A stretch of 64,000 nt of DNA, taken from positions 88,561,313 to 88,625,312 of the forward strand of contig NC_068990.1 of NCBI RefSeq assembly GCF_001194135.2, read 5' to 3'. This DNA is from Octopus bimaculoides (Eukaryota). Each line of letters opens with the position of its first letter. The first letter of the stretch is position 1. Position numbers and translations under genes: made by a program. The notes below the pieces were generated by a model, which saw only the letters and a list, made by a program, of their open reading frames with translations, was not told where the DNA came from and ran no database searches. This document shows positions 1-12,341 of this stretch, piece after piece.

Positions 1-534
1 GAGGGGGCTGAGAATTAATCCTTGGTGAACTCCTTCCTGTACACTGAATTCATTACTGTACTCATTCCCAACCTTCACCTTACTGGCAGCATCCCTGAAC
101 ATAGCTTGTACAGCACCCACTAACCATTCATCTGTCCCTAGCTTCTACATTGACGACTAGATAAGGGAGTGGGAGACCCTGTCAAAGGCTTTCTCCACCT
201 CAGTGAAAGCCAAGTACAGAAGTTTATTTTTGGCTAAACACTGCTGCTGTTTCCTTACCAGGAATATAGCATCAGTCATGCTTCTATAAATCCAAACTGC
301 ATCTCATCAACGCTAGATCATCAAGTTTAGATACTCATGTAGAAGTACCATATAGCTGAAAGTTTGAATAAAATATCTGAAAGTCATCTGGTTCATTATA
401 TTTTAAATGGACAATTTATTATAAAAATACAATCCATCCAAAAATTATTTTTCTGCATGAAATACCCTTCTCATAATTGATGTAAGTTCTAGTACATCAT
501 GAGTCACACATGGAACCTTGCCTCATGGTTTTAG

Positions 535-701
535 GTTGTAGATAATACATTTGTACACCCCTCTTCTGATGGTGTGCTTTTGTTTAAGATTAAATGACCA
601 CAAGGACACTTCACATGCTGGTTGACATTGTTTTGAATTATGTTTAAATTGTACAAAAGCACACCATTAGAAAAGGAAGGTACAAATGGATTACATGCAA
701 C
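535..701. repeat. 49-bp imperfect inverted repeat upstream of Ba exon
   Basis: 535-583 versus 653-701: 40/49 Watson-Crick matches plus 2 G-U; retained at ~20445-20582 and ~44135-44300. Confidence 0.75.
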
Positions 702-906
702 TTAAGTTTTGAAACAAGGTTTCAAATGAGTCTGAAGATGTGGATCAATTATTTGTTTATAATAAATTGCCAAATCCATGCCAGCAAGGAAAACAGTCAG
801 TGATACTCATTTTTAAAAGAAATTATGCACCAGATGCTGTATAAAATTTAATATGTGTATAAGAGAGTATAAAATGTACTTTTTGTTTCCTTTCTATTTT
901 TTCCAG

Positions 907-1140
907 CCTCTGATGATCTTTTCACATTTAAAAAAACTTCTATACCAGAGAAGGATACATTAAAACGACTGAAGAACATGAACTTCAAGAACTGTTATGA
1001 AGCTTGTTATAAAAATTCAGAATGTCACTCTTTTGAGTATAATAAAAAAGCTAAGCTCTGTGATCACAGTAATGCAACTCACTTGACTCATGACCTTCAA
1101 CCCAATAAAAAGGGTTGGGATACTTACGTCATTAACCCAG
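907..1140 (+). CDS. Unit 1 exon Ba, PAN/apple type B
   Basis: ttccag|CC...CCAG|gtcagt; 234 nt; SDDLFTFKKTSIPEKDTLKRLKNMNFKNCYEACYKNSECHSFEYNKKAKLCDHSNATHLTHDLQPNKKGWDTYVINP (not in the supplied ORF track). Confidence 0.9.
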
Positions 1141-4100
1141 GTCAGTAAAATGCTTTCATTTTAGTTTTTGAGTGTGCACGTGCATGTATATGTTCATGTG
1201 TATATACATAAAGATATACATGTTTATAATACACACATGCACACACACATATAAGTGTACATCAGTTCAAAGGGACCCTGTAGCTCATAGTCAACAGCTT
1301 GTTAGCATCTCACATACATGAGGCTTGAATAAAACAATCACAGGAAAAACTAATCAATCAATAAGATTTATTAATTTATTTATATTACATTCATTTCATT
1401 CCATAAATGACTTTATGAAGTAATTTTGATAAGATAACAGATTCTGCACAACTCCAGGTTCAGTTGTAACTTACTTTACACAGTATATGATAAATAAACA
1501 TATGAATAATAAAAATGGACGAATCCATTTAAGTACAACACATGTTTCTGAAGCTGATACATTCACACTATAAGTGTGATTACATCATATTAGTATCAAA
1601 TCAAATTCCACATTGTCTGTTGATGTGGAATTGAAGTATATTCTGACACAATTATACTTATATTTGAATTTTTGTTTTGTTTTGCAAATATGTTGTACTT
1701 TCTTGCTAAATAAGTCACCTGTAGTTGGATACATGTCACAAATTGAATTGGCTATGACACCACAAAAGTTGACTTAGAATCAGTTTAACAGATTCTATCA
1801 GTTGGTGCTATTAAGTTACACGTGACAAAAGAGTAGTTAATAGACCTAATGCAGTGACCAGGCTCTCAAATTGTCTTAAGTATTGTGATCAGGGCAATCA
1901 AGGATAGGAAGGTAGGAAAAGCAGCTGGTTCATCAGGAATCATTACTGTTAGGCTTAAAATATCTGGCAAATTGGATTACAGGCTAGTTACTAAAGTAAT
2001 ACAGGAAAAATCATAAACAATGATTAGAGTAGCCTCAACTACTACAAATACAACAGTGATGCACTAGAGAGAGGAGACCACAGAAGAATCAGATTTTTAT
2101 TAATGTTATGACAGTGACAGAAAGGGTAATTTATTAAGAACAAGAATAGACTGCATAAGACGCTTTATGCTGTGTTCCTAGTGAAAGTTGTTGAAATATT
2201 TAGCTAACAGCAAACTCCTATATTTAGCATTGATCAATATAGAGAAGGCCTTGATCAGAGTCACATGTTCTGTGGTTTTATAAGCAAGGTAGGAATAGAT
2301 GGATGTCTTATGAAGGCCATACAGTCTTTGGACGGAGGTGCATTCAGCAAAGTGAGAGTCAGTGATACGTCCCACAATGCATTTGCAATACCAGTGCTGA
2401 TACCTGTTGGCTTGCAGGTGGGATACTCTGTTGGCTTTCAGAGGAAATCAGCTCCATGTGTACATCTTGCAAGATTCTGATAACAACTAGAAAATTCCAC
2501 AAAACAGTGATATTGACGGACATTAAACGATGATGATAATGATTTTAATACAGTTTACAAGTAACACTATACTTATTTAAGTAGAATTTGACTAATTTGC
2601 TCTTTTAGATACAGAAAAAAGTGACTAATTAGACAAACTTACATTTTAGCTGAACAGTTTTGTACTATAAATTTAAAAGATGAGAACTGTCAAGAGTGAT
2701 AAATTAGAAGAACTGGCATTCTTTGCTGCAATATTTTAAGTAAAAAGTTTCTTATTCTTTACTTTACTTGAAGTAATAGTTTGTCCTATACTTTTACAGG
2801 TATAATAACTTGTCCTGTAGTTTTCCATGTTTATAATCTTAAGAATATTACTTTTCATGCTTGCATTTTTCAATGTAATACACATATGTTTCTATATGTG
2901 TGAGCAATTTTCTTCAAATTGATTCACATATTGATTTGTTTTAACCTTGTCATAATCTCCTCATTGTCACCCTCCTCGTAAAATGCACACACCAATGTAT
3001 CAATTTCTGTTTTCAATTCCAGCTCATGACAAAATAAACTGTGCACCACCAAGAGAGATTGTTGGTGCATCAAAGTACTACAGTTCCACCACCTACAGAA
3101 GTGAAGTGACCTACACATGTCCACATGGAGGCAAACTAAAGTCAAAATGCGGAAAGGACTATAAATGGACTTCAGTAAATTCTACCTGTGAAGGTAATGC
3201 AAATAGCTGCTCTCTTTTTGTCTCTGTCTATGTGATTTTGTTTTATTTTTATGCTAAATGTCTTTGTCTAACTCTATGGCAATTTCTACAGTGATTGTGG
3301 GTGGTGGGAGGTAGGAAGGAAGCTTTCCTCAGATCGGAGACCTCTTCAAATGCTTGCAACAGAGTGGACATCATCAATTCTACCGAAGGGCCAGGTATTA
3401 AAATGGATGATGGATTAAGTCTGCCAACCAAATAGGAGAAATGCAGAAGTTTCTCCTTTCAGCAGGCTTCCACATAGCTTTCAGCTACCAAATTTCATCC
3501 TTTGTTGCGGAGCAAATTTTTAACCACATAAGCAAGACTCCACCCAGGACCACAGAGTTGTGAAGTAACCCCAGAAATAGGGTTAAAATTTAAAAGATCA
3601 ATATATAGGGCGTTTGCTGGAAAATCCAATTTCTGTGTGTCCTTAGTGTTTATTGTTCCTCCACATCTGCCACATACAAGACTACTTTCTCTGTTAATCT
3701 TCCCATAGTTCTACTACTGCACCTCTCATATGTCCATATCTTGCACTGAGTATATCATATGGAATTCCTACCAATGCCTTTCCTACTCATTTAGCAGGGT
3801 ACACACACATAATTTACATGCAACATTGATGTCAATTTCTGTTTTCAATTTCAGCTTATGAAGACATTGACTGTGGAAATCCAAAAGACATTGCTGGTGC
3901 CACAAACTCCTATGAAACCACCACCTATAAATCTGAAGTGACCTATACTTGCCCAGAGGGAGAACAACTAAAGTCAGTATGCGAAAAAAACAACAAATGG
4001 ACTCCAGTTGTGGAAACCTGTAACGGTAACATAAGTAGCTTCTTTCTTGTTCTCTCTGTCTATGCAATTTTGTTTTAATTTTGTGTTAAATGCATTTGTC

Positions 4101-7100
4101 AGAGGAAGACTGACTGAATACATGACTAGTTCCTCAATGTCTGTGGGGGAGAACTAGTTATTTTCAGACCAGGGATCTCACAGACGCTTGCAACAAAGTG
4201 GTAGGGTAAAATTATGTTGATGTCTTATTTTGGTCATGAAATTCAGAAGAGAGAGCCTTGTGAATATAATCACATTTTTTTTTTCATCTCATTGAAAGTA
4301 AAATTTTGATGAATTAAAATTTCTTGACTTGCTACTTGAAGTAGTGAGTGTCCATATTTACTATATATTTATATGATTCACAAGATGGTGATGGAAGGGA
4401 AATGATTTTTGATTTCCAAGACAAACCTTTTCAAAATAGTAAAGTGGTGAGCTACATCCTTTTACATTCTCAGTTCAAATTCAAACAACTATTATAATTC
4501 TGAGGTTGATTTATTTTCATTTATATATTTACTATATATATTTACTACTCAGTGTGTGGCCTTCTATTTGAGTTAGGAACCACTATCATTAATATTGTTA
4601 TCATCAATAATAATTATAATTATTCTTGTTGTTAAGAGTAATAGGTTGACACAATCATCTGAGCATCAGACAAAATGTGTTGTGTTATCTGCTCTGCTTC
4701 TTTAGCTTCAGAGTTCAAATGCTGCTGATATTTTGTCCTCTCAGGACCAATGAAATATGATACTGGTCAGGTGTAGATGCCAATTTCATTGATCAATTCC
4801 TACCTCAAAGTTCTGACTTGTTTTTTATGATGGTAAATTATTATAGTTGTTGTTGATGTTATTGTTTATTGGTTTCAATTTTGTTTTAATTCTAGATCCT
4901 CAGATCCATTTTGTGAAAGTAAAAGGTGCAGCTCTGGATGTGCCAGGGAAATTATTGTGGAAGAAAAAAAATGTAACAGCAAAAGCCTGTGCAGAAAAAT
5001 GTTTGTCAGACAAAAAATGTTTATCATTTGAAATAAATAAAGAAAATGGAAAATGTTTCTTATCAAAGCAAACTGCAAGTTCCTCCAAGAAAATAAAGAA
5101 AGTCAAGAACAAAGATTACTACCAACGAGTAAAATGTAATTATTCTGTAGTATATTCTGCTTGTGTATTCTTGCACTGAGTGGGTGCTACATAATTTCCT
5201 TACATCAATTTGTTTTGAATTAAGAAAAGCGTCCAAACAATAATGATACTCTTTATTGTTTATGTACAATATGTACAATATGTACAATTTAGTCAATCAT
5301 CAATAGAACGTTACACACACAACACTCTTCTGTTTGGTATATATTTTGGTACATTCAAAATAGACTTTTATCATGAACATGTAACAAATGTTCATTAGGA
5401 CAGTCAACAACAATTGAAATATATAACTTGAAACATCTCGAATTTATGAGTTGGTAATTAAACAGCAAAACTAGAGTTGATCAAACACCTGTGAGAAACA
5501 ATCTCACAGAAACTCCAGCAGCAAACAGAGCTGGTCAAGTTCCATGCGTCTGGGACAAGAGCATAGGCGAATTGCTAGTGAAAACACGTCTGCAATGTTC
5601 AACGGCTGAACCTCGAGTCAAAAACGCTAGCGAGAAACGCGATGAAATTTTTTCGCAAGTTTTAAGCACATGCTCTTGAGGGAACTTCTGTAGGCCTTCC
5701 AGAAGATTCTGACCCGCGCATGCATGCTGAAAATTCTCAAAAATGACTTCACTACAATTCTTAGTATTTTATTATAAGAATTATCCTCTCCTCTTCTTCT
5801 GAAATTTGTGATTCCATTTGAATTTCTAGATTACTTACGGACAACTATTTCTGTAAAGACATTGAAGGTTCATCTGTAAAAGAAAAAAAAATATTAAGAA
5901 TTGAAAAAATTCTAAAAAGACATTGTCATACAGCATTTGTTCACCTTGAAAACTTTTATGCATGTTTTCAATTGTATGTTGTGTGCATGCATGCATGCAT
6001 ATGTGCATATCAGAAAGGAAATTCCTGTTCTCTTTCTTAAACCCACATAGTTGTAGTAGTGGTGGTGGCAGTGGTAGAAGCAGTGATTGTGGATTTTCTT
6101 TACCTCTCCATGTTGACATGGCTTTGACAGTACTTTTACAGCACAATGTCTCACTTCTAGTAGCTGTGCTACATAATCTAATATACAGAATAATAGAAAA
6201 AGTAATACCACGCTATGTAGTGCATTTCCTATATTTTCTCATAGTTAATATAGCAAGATACCCTTCCTATCATTTTCCCACAAATATAATTTTTTATTGT
6301 TTGAGGAATTCATTATGATTAGGAGTGTGCTGCAAAGCACTAATTACAACTGATAAAGTGGCAGAGCTGTCATACAGAGCAGAAATAAACAGGATTGGAT
6401 CTGCACACAATTAAAAGAGAGGTGTACAAATATATTATCTGCAGCATAACTATGGAGACAAGGTTTCAAATAAGTCTGAAGATGTTCTACAAATCATATG
6501 CATTCTGAAAATTTATTTATTTGTTTATGATAAATTGACCATTTACAAAATTATGCACCACATGCTTTACAATATTTAACATATGCTAGGAAATGTGTAT
6601 GTATGTGTCCTTGAGTGGGTAGATGCATATGAAATATATTTCTTGTTTTCTATTTTGTTTCAGCTGATGAAGGGCCTGTTATGTTGAAAAAGGTTAGCGT
6701 ACCAAGTAAGGCTACTTTAGGACGGCTTAAGGATAAGACCTTAAAGAAGTGTAAAAATTCTTGTCAACAATATACAGGATGTAACTCTTATCAGTACAAT
6801 GCTGAAGCTAAGTTGTGTGATCTGAGTAATGTGACTCAGTTGAATGATGAACTTAAACCCAACGATGGAAGTTGGGATATATTCTTAACTAACCCAGGTC
6901 AGTAGAGTGTTTCCATTTTATTTATTTTGTGCATGCCTGTGTGTATTATCATACATATGTGTGTGTATACATATCTGCCTCTGTCCTAAATATGCTTCAT
7001 GTTCAGTCTGTTGAAAATTTATACATCATGTCCTTAGTATATTTCCCCCTCATTCCAGTCATGCAGCTTGTTTGTTCACAGTGCACCCACCCATTTCTTC

Positions 7101-7948
7101 CTTCTGTATCAGATACTTTCTTCTTCTTCTTATTTTTTTTTCTCGTCCTCCTCCTCTTTTTTTCTTCTTCCTTCTCCTCCTCCTTGGGAAACTTGTATCA
7201 GAAAACTTTTTCTTTCCTCACCACCCTTCCACTCACACCAACATTTTATTAACAACAGTATTGCAATATAAAAGGCATAGCTAGCATTCTCACCTCAGGA
7301 ATGTGACTCCAGTTGACTAATTAATCAGTATTATTTATATTTCATAAACAATGGTTGTCTACTACACCCTCTTCTGGTAGATGCAGGGGGACAAACTGAT
7401 ATGGTTTACCTGTTGGCAACATCCATACAAACATATTCAGATGCTGAATGCTGTTCACTAACCACCTGTTCCCTCTTGTCATGCATTCCACATCCATAGA
7501 GTTAACACAGTCAATGTAGGCACATTGAAAGTTGGGTCTAGTAGTAAACTTGTCTAAATGCAAGAACAGAGACATGCAGATGTGTGGTGCATTCAAGAAG
7601 TAAGGTGGAGGGAACTTCAGCCAGGTTCATCTCAGGCAAAGAACGTAAGTGTAAAATATTCTGGGTAGATAATGGTGGTAGGCTAAATGGTGTAAGCATA
7701 TTTCTAGATGAAAACTAAATGGATAAAGTGATCAAAATAGTTAGAATGTGTGATAGGATACATATGCTTAGACTAGTTTTGCCAAGTAGTACAGCAACTG
7801 TACTACATTGTTGTTGGAGAGAAGTGTGTTCAGATGGATGGATACACTTGCACTTAGTGATTCTACAAGGAAAGAGTTTTCGGTCAGCCAATCTGTGACA
7901 AAATTAGAGAAATAAGTGACTGTGTGATAAACTTGAAAAAATTAATAT

Positions 7949-7982
<34 letters not shown>

Positions 7983-10900
7983 NNNNNNNNNNNNNNNNNN
8001 NNNNNNNNNNNNNNNNNNNNNNNNNNNNNNNNNNNNNNNNNNNNNNNNNNNNNNNNNNNNNNNNNNNNNNNNNNNNNNNNNNNNNNNNNNNNNNNNNNNN
8101 NNNNNNNNNNNNNNNNNNNNNNNNNNNNNNNNNNNNNNNNNNNNNNNNNNNNNNNNNNNNNNNNNNNNNNNNNNNNNNNNNNNNNNNNNNNNNNNNNNNN
8201 NNNNNNNNNNNNNNNNNNNNNNNNNNNNNNNNNNNNNNNNNNNNNNNNNNNNNNNNNNNNNNNNNNNNNNNNNNNNNNNNNNNNNNNNNNNNNNNNNNNN
8301 NNNNNNNNNNNNNNNNNNNNNNNNNNNNNNNNNNNNNNNNNNNNNNNNNNNNNNNNNNNNNNNNNNNNNNNNNNNNNNNNNNNNNNNNNNNNNNNNNNNN
8401 NNNNNNNNNNNNNNNNNNNNNNNNNNNNNNNNNNNNNNNNNNNNNNNNNNNNNNNNNNNNNNNNNNNNNNNNNNNNNNNNNNNNNNNNNNNNNNNNNNNN
8501 NNNNNNNNNNNNNNNNNNNNNNNNNNNNNNNNNNNNNNNNNNNNNNNNNNNNNNNNNNNNNNNNNNNTATATATATATATATTAATGGCAATGGAAGCAA
8601 CTCTAACAGAAATAGCAATAGTATCATAACTAATGATAATGCTAAGAATGGTAACAATGATACCATTGACAACAGCCACTAACAATGCAGACAGAATGGT
8701 CTAGCTCTGGAGAAGATTATGGGATTGATTAATAAATGTGATAATTGTATTTGGGAACTATGATTCTACAACCTCATCAGAAACATGCATAAGCTAGCTG
8801 GAATAAATTATGTGAATATCCATCATCTTTGTACCTTTTCTGTTATGCTCTGTAACTGTTGTATATACCAATTTTCCTTGGTGACTAAGCTTTTCACCAG
8901 GATCCTTAAGGATCACTTCCTTTCATGTGATATCTGTATGTCTGTATGCGTGTGCAAATGTCTTCAGTTTGTTATACAGTCAATATCTTTTATTCTAGAT
9001 TTGTCCTTATCTCCTCATTCTCCCCCTCCTCCTCCTGCCATAGATTCACTATTGATATCAGTTTCTCTTATCACTTCCAGTTGTTACAAAAGTTAACTGT
9101 GGACCTCCAAAGGATGTTGTTGGTGCAAAGAAGTCCTACACTGACACCACCTATAAATCTGAAGTGACCTACACATGTCCAGGAGGACAACAGTTGAAGT
9201 CAAAGTGTAAAGATGACAATAAATGGACTCCAGTTGCATCCAATTGTGAAGGTAATGTAAATAGGTTCTCTCTTGTTGTCTCTGTCTATGTATTTTTGTT
9301 TAAATTTTTATTAAATATCTTTGTCAGAAGAAGAATGTCTGTATCCATGACAATTTCTATGGAATTTGTGGCTGGTTGAAGGGAGAGCGAGAGCTATCCT
9401 CAGACCAGAAAACTTTCCAAATTCATGCAACTGAGCAGACTTGCATAAGCTATCCATGGATGAGGTAATGGTATTAATTTGAGTGATGGATTAAGTTTAC
9501 CATCCAAGAACATCAAGTGAGGAAGTGTGTTCTCTCCAGCAGGCTTCAGCATAGTTTCCATTCATTAAATTTCATTCCCAATCCTTAGTCATGAAGCAGA
9601 TTGGGTAGCATCAACAATAATTATTTATGCTGGTGATGGATTGAGAAAATCATCAGAACATCAGACAAAACATTTCTGGCTCTTTTCCATGGCCAATAAA
9701 ATAAAATACCAGTCAAGTGTAAGGCCCACTTTAATCAGTCACTTCCGACCTCAAATGTTTGTCCTTTTTTTATGTTAGAAATTTTTGTTTTTGGTGTTTA
9801 CAATTGTCTAAATCTTATTTTAATTCCAGTTTCTAAGATCCATTTTGTGAAAGTAAAAGGTGCAGTTCTGGATGTACCTGGGAAAACTTTGGCGAGTAAT
9901 AAAAGTGTAACAGCAGATGTTTGTGCAGAAAGATGTTTGTCTGACAAAAATTGTTTATCATTTGAAATAACTGAAGAAACTGGAAAATGTTATTTATCAA
10001 AGGAATCTGCAGCTTTTTCCAAGAAAATAAAAGCAGCCAAAAGCAGAGATTACTACCAACGAGTAAATCGTAATTATTCTTTGTGTTTTTCTTTTCCACT
10101 AATTTTGAAATTTGTGATTCCATTTCTACTTTGTGATGCAGTTTTCTCTTATAGAATATCTACTTTTAAGTGGGGATAAATATTATATCTTGATATTAAT
10201 ACTGCCTCTGTCACTAATATGTATTTTTCAACAAGCTAACTGGCTAATCATGACACCAGCACATGTTCTCACACTGTGATTCTATATATTGCTGGTGAAG
10301 AGATGAATTGCAGCTACCTGTAGCAGTCAAGTGTCCAACATTGACAAGATCAAAGAAGGTTGAAATTACATGATCCAGTGATTTCGGTGCTGAACATAAC
10401 AAGGATTTATCTCGCCACTAGCGATATAAACAAGAGTGCATTTTGCACCAAAATTCCAGTATGACTATCTCTCATGGTAACTACTTCGGTAGATGTTACT
10501 TTAGACTTTAAGTCAGACATTACACAAAGAATACTCCATGAAAAACTTAAGAAGTAGAACAGAAGACTTCATGGGAATTTCATCTTCTACTTCCAAGCTA
10601 TAATATCAAATTCACTAGCAAGTATTACTGAAAAAATCTCCAATTTAGCCACAAATCTTTTATCTTCTATCTTTTAGCTGTTTCAGTCATTTGATTGTTG
10701 AGGCAACACCTTGAAGTATTTTAGTTGAACAAATCAACTCTAAGATTTATTTTTTGAAGCCAAGTACTTATTCTATCAGTCTCTTTTACTAAACTGCTAA
10801 GTTACAGCATTTCTCTGCATAATCACTCTTCTCAAAATGCATACGCAGTGTATTATATCATAAGACATACTTGGAAGCTCACCTCATTGTTTAAGTTGTA

Positions 10901-12294
10901 CATAAATTATATGTACACCCTTCTTCTGTTGGTGTGCTTTTCTTTAAGATTAAATGGTTCTAACAACACTTGACACATTGGCTAAACACCTGTTGATCAG
11001 CACTTAGACAATACTAAATTAATCAATTAGAAAAAGATATACAAATGATACACACATTTTGAAAGAAGGTTTCAAATGAGTATGAAGATGGGCTAAAACT
11101 CACATGAATTCCAAGTTGTCATTTTGTGGATCAATTATTTGTTTATAATAAATTGTCCATTTAAATTAAATTATGCACCAGATGCTATATAATGTTTAAT
11201 GTGTGTGTGTATGGGATTATGAAATGTAATTCTCATTTACTTTCTTTTTTTATCTAGCCAATAAAGATATTTTAAAATTTAAAAGAACTTCCATACCAAG
11301 AGAAGATGCATTTAAACGGCAGGAAAATATGACCTTAAAGGAGTGTGACCATGCTTGTCATCAAACTCCAGGATGTAATTCTTATGAGTATGATAAGAAA
11401 GCTAAGTTCTGTGATCAAAGTAATGCAACTCACTTGACTCATGACCTTCAACCAGATCAAAAGGATTGGGATATTTACGTCATTAACCCAGGTCAGTAGA
11501 GTGTTTTCATTTTATTTTATTATGCATGTACTTGCATGTAACTGCGTGTTTGTGTGTATTATTTACACATACATACATGTGTTTGTGCAATATATATATA
11601 GAGGCAATTATATATTTATATAGAGGCAATTATGTAAATAAACAAATTAGACAGATTAAATATATTAAATATCTATTATAGTAAAAGCAAAATTTTGTCT
11701 GTCTGGGACCCTTGTATCTCAGTCTACATTTGCTCTACAAAGACATATTATACCTTTTGGAATCAGAATGATCCCAGGATTGAAAATCTGCCCTTCATTT
11801 GGTTCTTGAACATCCAGTATTGGGATCTGATTTAAAAACATTTGGATTACTACTTCTTGCAGGTAAATATCTTTGTCTTTAAGGTATTTGTACGTTCTCC
11901 CTACAACATTACTTTACTTATTTAAAATTTTTGGCACTCCATCTATTTAAATACACTATTTACATTTCTCCCTCTATGCTTGAGAAGAGTTGTTAAGCCA
12001 AGTGATATCATAGCTATGGATGATGCTGGTGTCACGTAACTGGCATCCCTGCTTGTGGCACATAAAAAGCCAAATAAGACTGGCGCAGCCTTCCAGCTTG
12101 CCAGCCCTGGTAAAACCATCCAACCCATACCAGCATGAAAAATGGACGTTAAATGATGATGAAGATTACACAGTTCACTCTGATTACCAATTAATCAGAT
12201 TAATCCAGTTAGCTAAGCGGTGTTATCACAGAATGATCAAAAAAGAATTTGACTGGATTTTACCATCATGTGTTGAGAGAGAGAGAGAGAGAGA

Positions 12295-12341
<47 letters not shown>

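Noticed and set aside
1141-1149. In-frame stop one or two codons after most B donors, as a programmed truncation signal
   Set aside because: It falls within the donor consensus context (GT[CT]AGTAR), is common in introns generally, and is absent after Ba in units 2 and 3.
4875-5112. Recurrent minus-strand ORFs over A and S exons (MQFALIRNIFH..., MISNIFHF..., ...RSLQIYRW...)
   Set aside because: Antisense shadows of the real + strand exons; they recur only because the exons are repeated.
7884-8685. Long ORFs of 150-475 aa in the track (also at 12.2, 36.3, 47.3, 58.9, 60.2 and 62-63 kb)
   Set aside because: They are open only because they run through N gaps and microsatellites.
8568-8700. Asn-rich low-complexity ORF (NGNGSNSNRNSNS)
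   Set aside because: A degenerate AAT/AAC microsatellite next to a gap.
10070-10179. Hydrophobic read-through tails after A exons
   Set aside because: Length and sequence are not conserved (3 to ~37 codons) and are explained by T-rich intron composition.
11672-11720. Possible Helitron 5' end (tctattatagtaaaagc...tttgtctgtctg)
   Set aside because: No matching 3' hairpin plus CTRR end identified; too short to support.
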